Positions 7,855 to 16,717 of a stretch of 64,000 nt of DNA are shown here, piece after piece. The DNA comes from Thermoanaerobaculia bacterium (GTDB lineage: Bacteria > Acidobacteriota > Thermoanaerobaculia > Gp7-AA8). Position numbers and translations under genes: made by a program. A model generated the notes under the pieces. The model saw only the letters and a list, made by a program, of their open reading frames with translations, did no database searches and was not told the DNA's origin. Numbering within the stretch: the first letter of the stretch is position 1; every line of letters starts with the position of its first letter. The stretch covers positions 3,906-67,905 of the forward strand of contig DATDFB010000057.1 in assembly GCA_036522835.1 (NCBI GenBank), read 5' to 3'.

Positions 7855-9077
7855 CGCGCTGAGTCCGGCCGCACGCGCAAAAAGAACGTGCAGGCCTTCC
7901 CCGTCTTCGACTCCACCCACACCGAGCCGGAGTGGGCCACGGCGAATTCGCGCACTTTGAAGAGGCCGCGGCCGGTGCGCTCGGCGGCGTTCGGGTTCCA
8001 GACGAACGACGGCTCGAAGATCGCCGCGCGCAGATCCTCGGGGACGACCGGGCCGTTGTCCATCACGAAGAACAGCAGCAGCGGACGCCCCTTGTGCTCC
8101 ATCCAGCGCACGCCGACGACGACCTGCCCGCCCGCCGGCACGTAGTGCAGCGAGTTGTCCATCAGAATGCCGAGGGTGTCGGCGAGCTGGTCGTGGTTGC
8201 GGAAGCGCTCTTCGAGATCGGGAACGTCGACCTGCAGGTGGATCCCTTTGAGATCGGCGAACTGCTGGAAGCGGTTGGCGACGGTATGCACGACGTCGAC
8301 GACTTTCGGGATGCGCGTCTCCGGCGCCGGCTCCTCGACCTCGGGGGCCATCTCCAGCGACGAGAGGACCTGATCGATCGTCCCGGCGGCGTCGTCGAGC
8401 AGCGGATCGCTGTTGCGCTTGCGCGACGCGGCGATCATGGAGTCGCGCAGGAAGCGCATCGGCATCAGCACGGTCTCGCGCACGAAGGCGACGAAGGAAG
8501 CGTGCGATTCGCTGGCCGAGTCCGCCGGACGGAAGACGAGCACCGCGCCGCTCGCGCCGCCGGAGAGCGGGACGAGCGAGTAGATGATGTTCTGGTTGCC
8601 GATGTGCAGCGCCGAGGTGGCCGGCACGGAAAGCTCGCCGATGTGCAGCCCCGCCAGCGCCTCGATCTGCTTGACCGTGCCGAGGTCCGACTGCGCGACG
8701 CCGAAGAGCTTCTTGGCCTGCGACGTGACGAACTTCACGCCGCGGTCGGGCCCGAGGACGATCGAGGCGACGCCGGCGGCGATCAGCACGTTGGCGACGC
8801 TGGTGATCGCCAGCGAAGCCGACTCGACGGGGAAGGGAACGACGGGGGCTTTCGGGAACGCATCGGGAGCCACCGCCGGCGCGGTCGCTTGCGCCGCCGA
8901 TCCCTCGCCTCGCGAGGCGGGGAGAGGGTGGCGCGAAGCGCCGGGGGAGGGGCCGACGTTCGGCACCGCGGTCGTACCGCTCTCCGTCTTCGCTTTCGGT
9001 TTCCGCGGCTTATCGCATTTCTCGCAGAGAATGCCTTCCGAGATCGCCGCGCCGCACATGAAGCACTTGGAGGCCAT
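7851..9077 (-). CDS. Atypical histidine-kinase-like protein: N-terminal zinc ribbon, PAS-like region, degenerate DHp, HATPase_c
   Basis: 408 aa. CFMCGAAISEGILCEKC at the N-terminus. C-terminal ATPase boxes LGILMDNSLHYVP (N box), VMDNGPVVPED (G1-like), ERTGRGLFKV (G2-like). The H-box-like FVAFVRETVLMPM lacks His at the aligned position. Confidence 0.75.
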   Translation of the reverse strand: MASKCFMCGAAISEGILCEKCDKPRKPKAKTESGTTAVPNVGPSPGASRHPLPASRGEGSAAQATAPAVAPDAFPKAPVVPFPVESASLAITSVANVLIAAGVASIVLGPDRGVKFVTSQAKKLFGVAQSDLGTVKQIEALAGLHIGELSVPATSALHIGNQNIIYSLVPLSGGASGAVLVFRPADSASESHASFVAFVRETVLMPMRFLRDSMIAASRKRNSDPLLDDAAGTIDQVLSSLEMAPEVEEPAPETRIPKVVDVVHTVANRFQQFADLKGIHLQVDVPDLEERFRNHDQLADTLGILMDNSLHYVPAGGQVVVGVRWMEHKGRPLLLFFVMDNGPVVPEDLRAAIFEPSFVWNPNAAERTGRGLFKVREFAVAHSGSVWVESKTGKACTFFLRVRPDSAR

Positions 9078-9123
9078 TGAGGGTCACCGATCTTAGCAAA
9101 TCACGGTAGACTCCGCGCCCGCC

Positions 9124-9972
9124 ATGGAAAAAATCGTCGTCATCGGCGCCGGGACGATGGGCAACGGCATCGCCCACGTCGCCGCCGCCTCCGGGTTCCC
9201 CGTCACGCTCATCGACGTCGGCGACGAACTGCTCCGCCGCGCCGTCGACACCATCTCCGCAAACCTCCAGCGCGGCGTCGACAAAGGAAAAATGACCGCC
9301 GAGGAGAAGCAGGCGGTCCTAGGGCGGATCAACGCCGTCACCGGATTCGAGGCCGCCGCCGAGGCGGACATCGTCATCGAAGCCATCGTCGAGAACCTGG
9401 CCGCGAAAATCTCACTCTTCCAAAAGCTCGATAGCCTCGCCCCGCCGGAGTGCCTCCTGGCCTCGAACACGTCGTCGATCTCCATCACCAAGATCGCCGC
9501 GGCGACAAAGCGGCCGGAGAAGGTCATCGGCATGCACTTCATGAACCCGGTGCCGGTGATGACGCTCGTGGAGATCATCCGCGGCATCGCCACCTCGGAC
9601 GAGACCTACGCGAAAACCGAGGACCTCGCCAAGCGCATGGGGAAGACGCCGGTCGAAGCGAACGACTATCCCGGCTTCGTCTCCAACCGCGTCCTCATGC
9701 CGATGATCAACGAGGCCGTCTTCGCGCTGTACGAAGGCGTGGCCGGCAAGGAAGCGATCGACAGCGTGATGAAGCTGGGGATGAATCACCCGATGGGGCC
9801 GCTGACGCTCGCCGACTTCGTCGGCCTCGATGTCTGCCTGGCGGTCATGCGCGTGCTCGAGGAAGGCTTCGGCGATCCGAAATACCGCCCGTGCCCGTTA
9901 CTCGTAAAGATGGTGGATGCGGGGTGGCTGGGGAGGAAAACGGGAAGAGGGTTCTACGACTACCGAAAATGA
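9124..9972 (+). CDS. hbd: 3-hydroxybutyryl-CoA (3-hydroxyacyl-CoA) dehydrogenase
   Basis: 282 aa. [12 protein letters not shown] Rossmann motif, [24 protein letters not shown]-terminal dimerisation domain [12 protein letters not shown]. Confidence 0.92.
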   Translation: MEKIVVIGAGTMGNGIAHVAAASGFPVTLIDVGDELLRRAVDTISANLQRGVDKGKMTAEEKQAVLGRINAVTGFEAAAEADIVIEAIVENLAAKISLFQKLDSLAPPECLLASNTSSISITKIAAATKRPEKVIGMHFMNPVPVMTLVEIIRGIATSDETYAKTEDLAKRMGKTPVEANDYPGFVSNRVLMPMINEAVFALYEGVAGKEAIDSVMKLGMNHPMGPLTLADFVGLDVCLAVMRVLEEGFGDPKYRPCPLLVKMVDAGWLGRKTGRGFYDYRK

Positions 9973-10046
9973 CGGGAGGTCGATTTCTCGATTCTGAATT
10001 CGGAATTCCAAGTTTCGCAATTCCGGGGCCTGCCTCCCGTGTTTTA
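9971..10046 (+). terminator. Long hairpin with U-tract after hbd (possible terminator)
   Basis: ACGGGAGG (9972-9979) pairs with CCTCCCGT (10033-10040), followed by GTTTTAAT. There is an internal GAATTCGGAATTC palindrome. The loop is long, so function is uncertain. Confidence 0.35.
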
Positions 10047-10060
10047 ATCCGCACTCGAAC

Positions 10061-11929
10061 ATGCTCTGTCAATCCTGCAGCGCCTACAACGACGACGAAC
10101 GCGAGTTCTGCTACCGCTGCCAGAACAAGCTCATGGTCCTCTCCGGCGTCACCTCGTTCGAGGAAGACGAGATCGAGGACTACGAGGAAGAAGAGGATCT
10201 TTCCCTCGACGAGCACCTGCTCGAGCGCGTCTCGGCGATCGAGGAGATCGTCAAGCGCTCCGCCGAGACGCTGCGCACCGTCGTCGACGCCGTGCAGAAG
10301 CATGAGCGCGCCAACTTCATCAACCAAACGGGCCTGCTCTCGGTCAAGGAGCTCCTGGAGAAGAAGAACCTCGTCTCCTCCGACGAGCTCGTAGAGCTGT
10401 GGGAATCGAAGATGGGCGAGCAGATGCTCGCGCTGGAAAAGAAGCAGCGCTTCACCGAGCGCCGCGACCGCATGGTCTCGCTCTTCCGCAAGGGCGACAA
10501 GCGCGAGCGCTTCCTCCAGCACGTCGGCGAGGCCGCCGCGGCGTTCGACGGCTTCGATCCCGACCGCGGAATGAAGGCGCTCGAGGAGGCCTTCAAGCTC
10601 GACCGCGACAACTACGAGCTCTCCTTCTTCCTCGGCGAGATGTTCTTCAACGACGGCAACGTCGACCGCGCCAAGCACTACCTCGAGCGCACGCTCGAAG
10701 TGCAGCCCGACCACTTCGACGCCGCCGTCTTCTACGGCGTGCTGCTGCACGAACGGCAGGATCTCAAGGGCGCCGAGCGCTGGCTGCGCCGCGCCATCCA
10801 GATCTCCCAAGACTCGTTCCTCCCCTACTTCTCCCTCGGCGCGATCTACGCGCGCAAAGGAAAGCTGCTGCGCGCGCAGAAGTTCCTGGAGAAGGCCATC
10901 CAGATCGAGGCCATCCCGCAGGCCTACTTCCTCCTCGGTACGATCTTCTACGACAAGGGCCAGCTCGAGCGGGCCATCCGCTCGTTCCAGAACGCGCTGA
11001 AGCTCGATCCCGAGTACGAAGAGGCGATTTACCACCTCGGCCTCTGCTATCTCGACCGCAACTGGAACCGCAAGGCCATCCAGTGCTTCCAGGAGGCGCT
11101 GGAGCTCAATCCCAACAAGATGGAGTACCAGCAGGCGGTCAAGATCTACGAGGGGATCTCCGGCCACACGCCGCTCGAAGGGCCGGCCGCGACGGAGTTC
11201 GGCGAGGCGGAGACGCTGGTCACGCAGGGCAATTACATCGAGGCGCTCGATCATTACCGCCAGGCCGCGCAGGAAGAGCCGGAGAACGTCAACATCCTGA
11301 TGCCGTACGCGCTCCTCTGCTCGCACCTCGACATGAACGGCGAGGCCATCGCGGTGGCGCGGCGGATCCTCAAGCAGAAGCCGACCGAGGTCGTGGCCGC
11401 GGCCGCGTACACGACGCTCGTGGAAGCGCTGCGCGCCGAGGGGAATTACAAGGAAGCGAATCGAGCGCTCGAGGAGATGCTCGGCGAGTACACGTCGAAC
11501 TACGCGAAGTCGATCGCCTACTACGAGAAGGCTTACAACCTCGCCGAGATGGAAGAGAGCCTCGACGAAGCGCTGGAGAGCGCGCAACTGGCCCTGCGCT
11601 ACTCGCCGAAGGAGCTCAAACAGTTCCCCCTCGCCGCTCTCGGCTGGGTCTACTTCAAGCGCCGCGATTTCTCGAACGCCGTCGATTTCCTGACCAAGTC
11701 CGCTGACCTCGGTCCGACGGCGACGAATCTCATGCACCTCGGGATGGCGTTGCTCGAAAGCGGCCAGAAGGACCGCGCCCGCCAGGTCTTCCGCCGCGCC
11801 AAGAGCTTCAAGACGAAGGGCGCCGGCCTGGAGGAGAAGATCCTCGAGCAGGTGCGCTCGACGACGAAGCTGATCGACCGGTTGCACGCGCGGCGGCGGC
11901 GGGCGGCGGCGAAGCCGAGCGAGCGGTAA
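10061..11929 (+). CDS. TPR-repeat protein with N-terminal zinc ribbon
   Basis: 622 aa. MLCQSCSAYNDDEREFCYRCQNKL (CxxC...CxxC), acidic linker, coiled-coil region, then many TPR units (e.g. YFLLGTIFYDKGQLERAIRSFQNALKLDPEYEEAIYHLGLCY). Confidence 0.8.
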   Translation: MLCQSCSAYNDDEREFCYRCQNKLMVLSGVTSFEEDEIEDYEEEEDLSLDEHLLERVSAIEEIVKRSAETLRTVVDAVQKHERANFINQTGLLSVKELLEKKNLVSSDELVELWESKMGEQMLALEKKQRFTERRDRMVSLFRKGDKRERFLQHVGEAAAAFDGFDPDRGMKALEEAFKLDRDNYELSFFLGEMFFNDGNVDRAKHYLERTLEVQPDHFDAAVFYGVLLHERQDLKGAERWLRRAIQISQDSFLPYFSLGAIYARKGKLLRAQKFLEKAIQIEAIPQAYFLLGTIFYDKGQLERAIRSFQNALKLDPEYEEAIYHLGLCYLDRNWNRKAIQCFQEALELNPNKMEYQQAVKIYEGISGHTPLEGPAATEFGEAETLVTQGNYIEALDHYRQAAQEEPENVNILMPYALLCSHLDMNGEAIAVARRILKQKPTEVVAAAAYTTLVEALRAEGNYKEANRALEEMLGEYTSNYAKSIAYYEKAYNLAEMEESLDEALESAQLALRYSPKELKQFPLAALGWVYFKRRDFSNAVDFLTKSADLGPTATNLMHLGMALLESGQKDRARQVFRRAKSFKTKGAGLEEKILEQVRSTTKLIDRLHARRRRAAAKPSER

Positions 11930-11933
11930 GCCC

Positions 11934-11958
11934 TGGAGTGCGGCGGCCGCACTCCACA
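11934..11958. repeat. Minimal copy of the TGGAGTGCGGCGGCC...CACTCCA palindrome
   Basis: tggagtgcggcggccgcactccaca is a perfect hairpin. It lies between the convergent stops at 11929 and 11979 and is a possible bidirectional terminator. Confidence 0.75.
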
Positions 11959-11978
11959 AACCTTCGTCGTTCGCCGCG

Positions 11979-13505
11979 TCAGCGGTTCGACGAGAGCCGG
12001 ATCGTTCCCTCTTCCGCGTACAGCTCGAGCCTCTCGCCGCCGCCGTTGATCTTGCCGGTGGCGTGCACCTTCGTCCTCCCGCCAACCTGCTCCTTGCGGA
12101 TCTGCAGGCCGTTGAAGTCGGAGACGATCGGGTCGGCGTCGGCATCCGCGGTGAAGACCGTGGCGTCGACCTCGGCGCCGAAGCGCGAGGTGAGGTTGAG
12201 GATCACGTTGCCGCGCGCGGTGCGGGCGGTGATGCGCTGCGTGCGCTGCGTCGGGTCGGAGGTAATGGTGATGTCGCCCGAGCGCGTGTCGGCGTCGATC
12301 GGGCCGGCAGCCTGGCGGACGATGATGTCGCCGCCGAGCGATCTGAGCGTGGTCGGACCGCCGGTGTACTGCACCTCGACGATGCCGCCGTCGGTCGTGA
12401 TCGTGCCGCCGACGCGCGCGGCGCGCACGAGGATGCGCCCCACGCCGGTGTGCGCGGTCAGCCCCGCCATGGCCTCGGTGATGCTGATCGGGCCGCCGAC
12501 CGACGTGGCGTTCAGCTCCCCGTAGACCGTGCCGAGCTCGATCGCCCCCGCGCCGGTGAAGACGCGCAGCGCGCCGCGCGCTTCGCCGACCTGGATGTCG
12601 GCAACGCGCTGGGAGATCTCCATCGGCCCCTGCACGGTGGGGATCTGCACGCGCATCATCTGCGGGACCGCCGCCATCGGATCGCCGATCGTGCGCACCA
12701 GATCGCGCACCGAGCGCGCCGTCGACCCGTTCTCGCCGTTGGCCAGGATGGCCACACGGCCGAGCATCGTCCCCGTCACCAGGCGCGGCCCGCCGGGCGC
12801 GTTCACGCTGCCGTGGAAGACGCGTCCTTCCCAACGGCCGCGCAGCGGCAGCGTGGTCCAGAGGTCGCCGCGCAACGTGTCGGCAATCCAGTCGAAGTTC
12901 GAATCGAGCGGGAGATGCACCTCGATGTTGGCGTTGATGGCGTTGATCTGCGCGTGCGACACCGGCTTGGTCGTGTAGTTGTAGACGATGCGGCCGTTGG
13001 TCGAATCGACGATGGACGCGCCGGTGACGTTGTCGAACACGATCGTGCTGCTGAAGGCCTTCACCGTCACGTTGCCCATGATGTTGGAGACGTGGACCTG
13101 GTCGGCGCTCGTGGTCAGCACGCGCACGTGCACGGTCTTCGGCACGCGCACCGTGTATTTGACGCTGCTGCTCCAGCGCGGGCTGCGCAGCGGCGGCACG
13201 ACCGTCTTCACCACGCACTGGTGGGGGTTGTTGCAGTCGAAGTTGATGCTCGTGTTCTCGCGGGCCTCGTCGCGCGACTGGCGGTCGACGGCGATGATCG
13301 TCGTCACCGCGCTGATCGTCGCCTTGGCGCCGTCGACGCCGAAGATCTCGATCGTGCCGTCGGGATTGTCGATCCAGAACGTGCCGGCGATTTCGAGCGG
13401 ATACGTCTTGGTGACCGGGCCCTCGACGTACACATGGTTCGCGGCGCTGAGCGGGAGCGCGAGAGTCAGGAGCGCGGCGGCGAGTAGAGGGACCTGTCTC
13501 ATCAC
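11979..13505 (-). CDS. Exported DUF4097-like putative adhesin / beta-helical protein
   Basis: 508 aa. Signal peptide MMRQVPLLAAALLTLALPLSAANH. Repetitive G-x-I/V-x-V beta-strand units (GNVTVKAFSSTIVFDNVTGASIVDSTNGRIV, GDITITS, GNVILNL) as in YvlB/LiaG-type DUF4097 proteins. Start overlaps the anti-sigma stop. Confidence 0.7.
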   Translation of the reverse strand: MMRQVPLLAAALLTLALPLSAANHVYVEGPVTKTYPLEIAGTFWIDNPDGTIEIFGVDGAKATISAVTTIIAVDRQSRDEARENTSINFDCNNPHQCVVKTVVPPLRSPRWSSSVKYTVRVPKTVHVRVLTTSADQVHVSNIMGNVTVKAFSSTIVFDNVTGASIVDSTNGRIVYNYTTKPVSHAQINAINANIEVHLPLDSNFDWIADTLRGDLWTTLPLRGRWEGRVFHGSVNAPGGPRLVTGTMLGRVAILANGENGSTARSVRDLVRTIGDPMAAVPQMMRVQIPTVQGPMEISQRVADIQVGEARGALRVFTGAGAIELGTVYGELNATSVGGPISITEAMAGLTAHTGVGRILVRAARVGGTITTDGGIVEVQYTGGPTTLRSLGGDIIVRQAAGPIDADTRSGDITITSDPTQRTQRITARTARGNVILNLTSRFGAEVDATVFTADADADPIVSDFNGLQIRKEQVGGRTKVHATGKINGGGERLELYAEEGTIRLSSNR

Positions 13506-14542
13506 GGTTTGACGCTGCCGAGCGCCTCCGCCGCTTTGACTCGGACGTACATGTTCTCGTCGTCCTGCGCAGCCTTGGCGCGCAGCGTGTCGAGCGTGGC
13601 CGGGTCGGCCTGGCCGCCCTTCTTGAGCAGATTCGAGAGGGCCTCTACGGCTTTGAGGCGCACGGCGGGATTGGGATCGGTCTTCAGCGCCTGGATCAGC
13701 GCCTCCCGCGAGTCGCTCGTCGCGCCGCCCGCGGGCAGATTCGTCAGCGTCTCCACGGCCTTGATGCGCACGCCCTCGTGCGTGTCGTTGCGGAGGACGT
13801 TGGCCAGGGCGCGGGTGATCTCCGGATCGGCGTTGCCGGGCTGCGAGTACGTCGAGCGCACCCAGTCGATGGCCCGCGACTGCGACGGGGCCATGCGGTC
13901 CTCGTTCTCAAGGACGTAGCGCATCAGCCGCACCATGGTCTTGTCGGTTGGACGGCCGGTGACGGTCATGTGCGAGGTGATGTCGAACGAGACGCCGATC
14001 TGGTCGTCCGGCGCATTGAGCTGCGTGAAGCTCACGTTTTGGATGTCGGGACGCCCTTCGATCACCGGGCTGATGGAGTTGGCCGGCAGCACGCGCGATT
14101 CGGCGATGGAGAACGCGGCCGGCTGGTACGGCGTTGCGCTCGTGATCTTCGCCTCGGTCGTCGTCTGCGTTGCCGGCTTGTCGAAAACCGTCGTCGACGA
14201 CGTCGTCGTGCGATGTCCCGCCAAGTACGACCCGCCCGCGATCACGACGACCGCGGCGGCCTGCGCAAGCCAGCGGAACGCTGGCCGGCGACGAAACGGG
14301 ACGACGTCCGCCGATTCGACGGGAGGGTTCACGCGGTTGAGGAACTCCTGCTTCATGCGCGGCGGGACTTCGAGCTCGGGCAGTTGCTCGAGGAAGCTCC
14401 ACGTCTCGCGGTAGCCCGTCCACTCCTCGCCGCACGCCGCGCACTGCTCGATGTGCTGGTGCGTGGTCTCTCGCCGCACCGGGTCGAGCGACTCGGTCAA
14501 GAGCAGCGGCATCTGTTCGCGCATCAGAGTGCAGTCAGACAT
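13502..14542 (-). CDS. Anti-sigma factor: zf-HC2 N-terminus, one TM, periplasmic HEAT-repeat domain
   Basis: 346 aa. HQHIEQCAACGEEW (HxxxCxxC), TM WLAQAAAVVVIAGGSYLAG, three HEAT-like repeats (HEGVRIKAVETLTNL, NPAVRLKAVEALSNL, NMYVRVKAAEALGSV). Confidence 0.8.
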   Translation of the reverse strand: MSDCTLMREQMPLLLTESLDPVRRETTHQHIEQCAACGEEWTGYRETWSFLEQLPELEVPPRMKQEFLNRVNPPVESADVVPFRRRPAFRWLAQAAAVVVIAGGSYLAGHRTTTSSTTVFDKPATQTTTEAKITSATPYQPAAFSIAESRVLPANSISPVIEGRPDIQNVSFTQLNAPDDQIGVSFDITSHMTVTGRPTDKTMVRLMRYVLENEDRMAPSQSRAIDWVRSTYSQPGNADPEITRALANVLRNDTHEGVRIKAVETLTNLPAGGATSDSREALIQALKTDPNPAVRLKAVEALSNLLKKGGQADPATLDTLRAKAAQDDENMYVRVKAAEALGSVKP

Positions 14543-15135
14543 CGTTCACCTCCGCTCGCCTCGCCGGTGAGCGCTTTCTTCAACACTTCCATGGCCCGGA
14601 ACACGCGCGTCTTCACCGCCCCCTCCGAGCATCCTGCGATCTGCGCGATCTCCGCGTACGACAGCCCCTGGTAGCGCGAGAGCAGGATGGCTTCGCGCTG
14701 GTCCGGAGTCAGGAACTGCAGCGCTTTCTGGATCCTCAGTTGGTTCTCGCGCTGCTCGAGCCGGTGATGGGGCGACTCGGACTGGCTGGCCGGCAGCGTC
14801 ACCAGAGCATCGTCCGAGTCCTTCGGCTTGTTGTCCCCTTTGCGCAGGTAGTCGCGGCACCAATTGGCCGCGATGGAAAAGAGCCAGGTGGAGAGCTTTG
14901 CCTCTCCATTGAACTGGTTGGCGTGCTTGAGCATCTTGACAAAGACTTCCTGGGTCGCGTCTTCCGCTGCCTCGCTGTTCCGGAGGAAGCGGTAGGTGAA
15001 GTTGTAAATCCGGCCTGAATAACGGTCGTAGATCTCCGAGGCGGGGGAGAAGTCGCCCGCCTGAACGATGCGCATGAGCTCCTGATCGCTCAGGGACTTC
15101 ATCTCCCTCGGTTCTCTCTGCTTCGACGCGGACAT
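14524..15135 (-). CDS. ECF-type RNA polymerase sigma factor
   Basis: AAEDATQEVFVKMLKHANQF...LSTWLFSIAANWCRDYLRK (region 2) and LTPDQREAILLSRYQGLSYAEIAQIAGCSEGAVKTRVFRAMEVLKK (region 4). I prefer ATG 15135 (MSASKQ) because the track start at 15195 would overlap the upstream gene by 50 nt. Confidence 0.88.
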   Translation of the reverse strand: MSASKQREPREMKSLSDQELMRIVQAGDFSPASEIYDRYSGRIYNFTYRFLRNSEAAEDATQEVFVKMLKHANQFNGEAKLSTWLFSIAANWCRDYLRKGDNKPKDSDDALVTLPASQSESPHHRLEQRENQLRIQKALQFLTPDQREAILLSRYQGLSYAEIAQIAGCSEGAVKTRVFRAMEVLKKALTGEASGGERCLTAL

Positions 15136-15145
15136 GTCGGAAAGG

Positions 15146-16309
15146 TTACGGGCCGGCTGTTTGGAGTTGCGCAACAGCCGCCGGAGCGCCTTCATTGCGC
15201 TCGACCGAGGCGATCACCAGGGCGAAGAGGTCGAGCATGGCCAGAAAGACCTCGGTGTCGCCGAAGTTGAACTCGAACATCCCCGCGACGACGAGCCCGA
15301 CCGTAATGGCCACGCCGAGCTCGGCATATTTCGAGCCCCAGCCTCGGGCGCATTCCCTCAGAAAGAGCGCGATCAACACGACGTACGCGGCGAGCCCGAG
15401 AATGCCGCGCTCGGCCCAGAGCTGCACGAGGTTGTTGTGCAGGTGCGGGATGCGGAAGCGCGGCGCGTCGGGCTTGCGGTAGAGCGGATAGACCTCTTTC
15501 ATGTTGCCCGGGCCGACGCCGAGGACCGGAACGTCTTTGATGATCTCCACGCCGCCTTCGAACATGCGGATCCGGTCGAAGTTCGACGACTGCTTCGTGT
15601 CGAAGGCCGACAGGACCCGGGCGAAGTACGGCAGGGGGAGGAAAGTGATGACGAGGATGCCGGCCGGCACGGCCCAGGCAAGAAGGCGCGGCCGCTTCAG
15701 CGTGGCGAGCACGACGACGGCGACGAGCCAGCCGAGCCAGGCGCTGCGGGTGAAGGTCATGAGCAGCGTGAGCGTGGTCAGGATCGTGCCGCCCAGGAGC
15801 CAGAGGTTGCGGCGGTCGTGAATCCAGAGGACGAGGAAGATCAGCGCCACCGGCAGCATCAGCCCCGAATAGGTCATCACGTGCGCGGCCGGGCCGGTGA
15901 TGCGGTGCTCGAGATCGCGCTGGTGCAGTGCGAAATACTGCACAAAGCCGTAAAGCGAGGAGAAGACGCCGAAGGCGAGGAAGGTCTTCAGGGCCATCTC
16001 TTTGGTCCTCGGCACGTTCCTGAACAGGATGAGCGCGGCGGGAAAGAGCAGGCACTTCAACCACAGCGCGCTCTCGCCGAAGGCATGCTTCGACGCGCCG
16101 TTGGCGATGGAGGAGACCGAGGAGTCGAGCGCGTAGACGAAGAGCGGGAAGTAGAGGACGTGGAAGGAGGGTTTGATCTCGCCTTTCCAGATCAGCCAGG
16201 CGAGCGTGCCGATCATCAGAACGACGCCGAGCTCCGAGGAGGCGATCCAGCCGGCGCAGAAGATGTGGGCGAGGTAGAAGAAAGTCGCGAGTGCAACGCC
16301 GCGGGACAT
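15146..16309 (-). CDS. O-antigen ligase (Wzy_C/WaaL-like) family polytopic membrane protein
   Basis: 387 aa with about 10-12 hydrophobic segments. Central TFTRSAWLGWLVAVVVL plus loop FDRIRMFEGGVEIIKDVPVLGVGPGN and HLHNNLVQLWAERGILG, typical of O-antigen ligase/polymerase-like proteins. Confidence 0.8.
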   Translation of the reverse strand: MSRGVALATFFYLAHIFCAGWIASSELGVVLMIGTLAWLIWKGEIKPSFHVLYFPLFVYALDSSVSSIANGASKHAFGESALWLKCLLFPAALILFRNVPRTKEMALKTFLAFGVFSSLYGFVQYFALHQRDLEHRITGPAAHVMTYSGLMLPVALIFLVLWIHDRRNLWLLGGTILTTLTLLMTFTRSAWLGWLVAVVVLATLKRPRLLAWAVPAGILVITFLPLPYFARVLSAFDTKQSSNFDRIRMFEGGVEIIKDVPVLGVGPGNMKEVYPLYRKPDAPRFRIPHLHNNLVQLWAERGILGLAAYVVLIALFLRECARGWGSKYAELGVAITVGLVVAGMFEFNFGDTEVFLAMLDLFALVIASVERNEGAPAAVAQLQTAGP

Positions 16310-16329
16310 GGCGCGTTACGCCCGCATAC

Positions 16330-16428
16330 CACGGAAACTTAGAACGCAGAATGCGAATGCAGAATGAAGAAAGCTTCGCCGGCGATTTCTCAATTCTGCA
16401 TTCGCATTCTGCGTTCTGAATTTCCGTG
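16330..16428. repeat. ~100-bp hairpin repeat, AGAACGCAGAATGCGAATGCAGAATG family
   Basis: cacggaaacttagaacgcagaatgcgaatgcagaatgaagaaa ... tttctcaattctgcattcgcattctgcgttctgaatttccgtg. The arms are nearly identical to the copy at 19813-19925. Confidence 0.9.
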
Positions 16429-16446
16429 GGCCGAAAGCAGGCGAGC

Positions 16447-16686
16447 TCACATCTCCTCGAATGCCTCGTCCACCAGCATCACCGGGATGTCACTGACGAT
16501 CGGGTAGATCCGGTGGCACTTGACGCACTGCAGGCCCTGCTCGACGACGGGCTCCTCGCCGCGGAACTTCTCCCGGAACTTGTCGCGCACGGCCGCGCTC
16601 CGCTCCGCCGACAGCGGCACCATGCGCACCTCTTCCTTGCACAGCGGGCAGGCGAGGATCTCGAGCAGTTCCGTGTCGATGGCCAT
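16447..16686 (-). CDS. Trm112/YcaR (UPF0434) family small zinc-ribbon-like protein
   Basis: MAIDTELLEILACPLCKEEV...LQCVKCHRIYPIVSDIPVMLVDEA matches the Trm112 family pattern (LLxxLxCPxCK ... YPIxDGIPVML). Start taken at ATG 16686; the track start is 16707. Confidence 0.8.
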   Translation of the reverse strand: MAIDTELLEILACPLCKEEVRMVPLSAERSAAVRDKFREKFRGEEPVVEQGLQCVKCHRIYPIVSDIPVMLVDEAFEEM

Positions 16687-16717
16687 GGGCGGCGCGAAGT
16701 GTAGCATTCGCGGCGCA

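Noticed and set aside
9845-12145. 766-aa minus-strand ORF
   Set aside because: It is antisense to the TPR/zinc-ribbon gene at 10061-11929, which has clear TPR periodicity. The antisense product is Arg/Leu/Glu-rich with no motifs.
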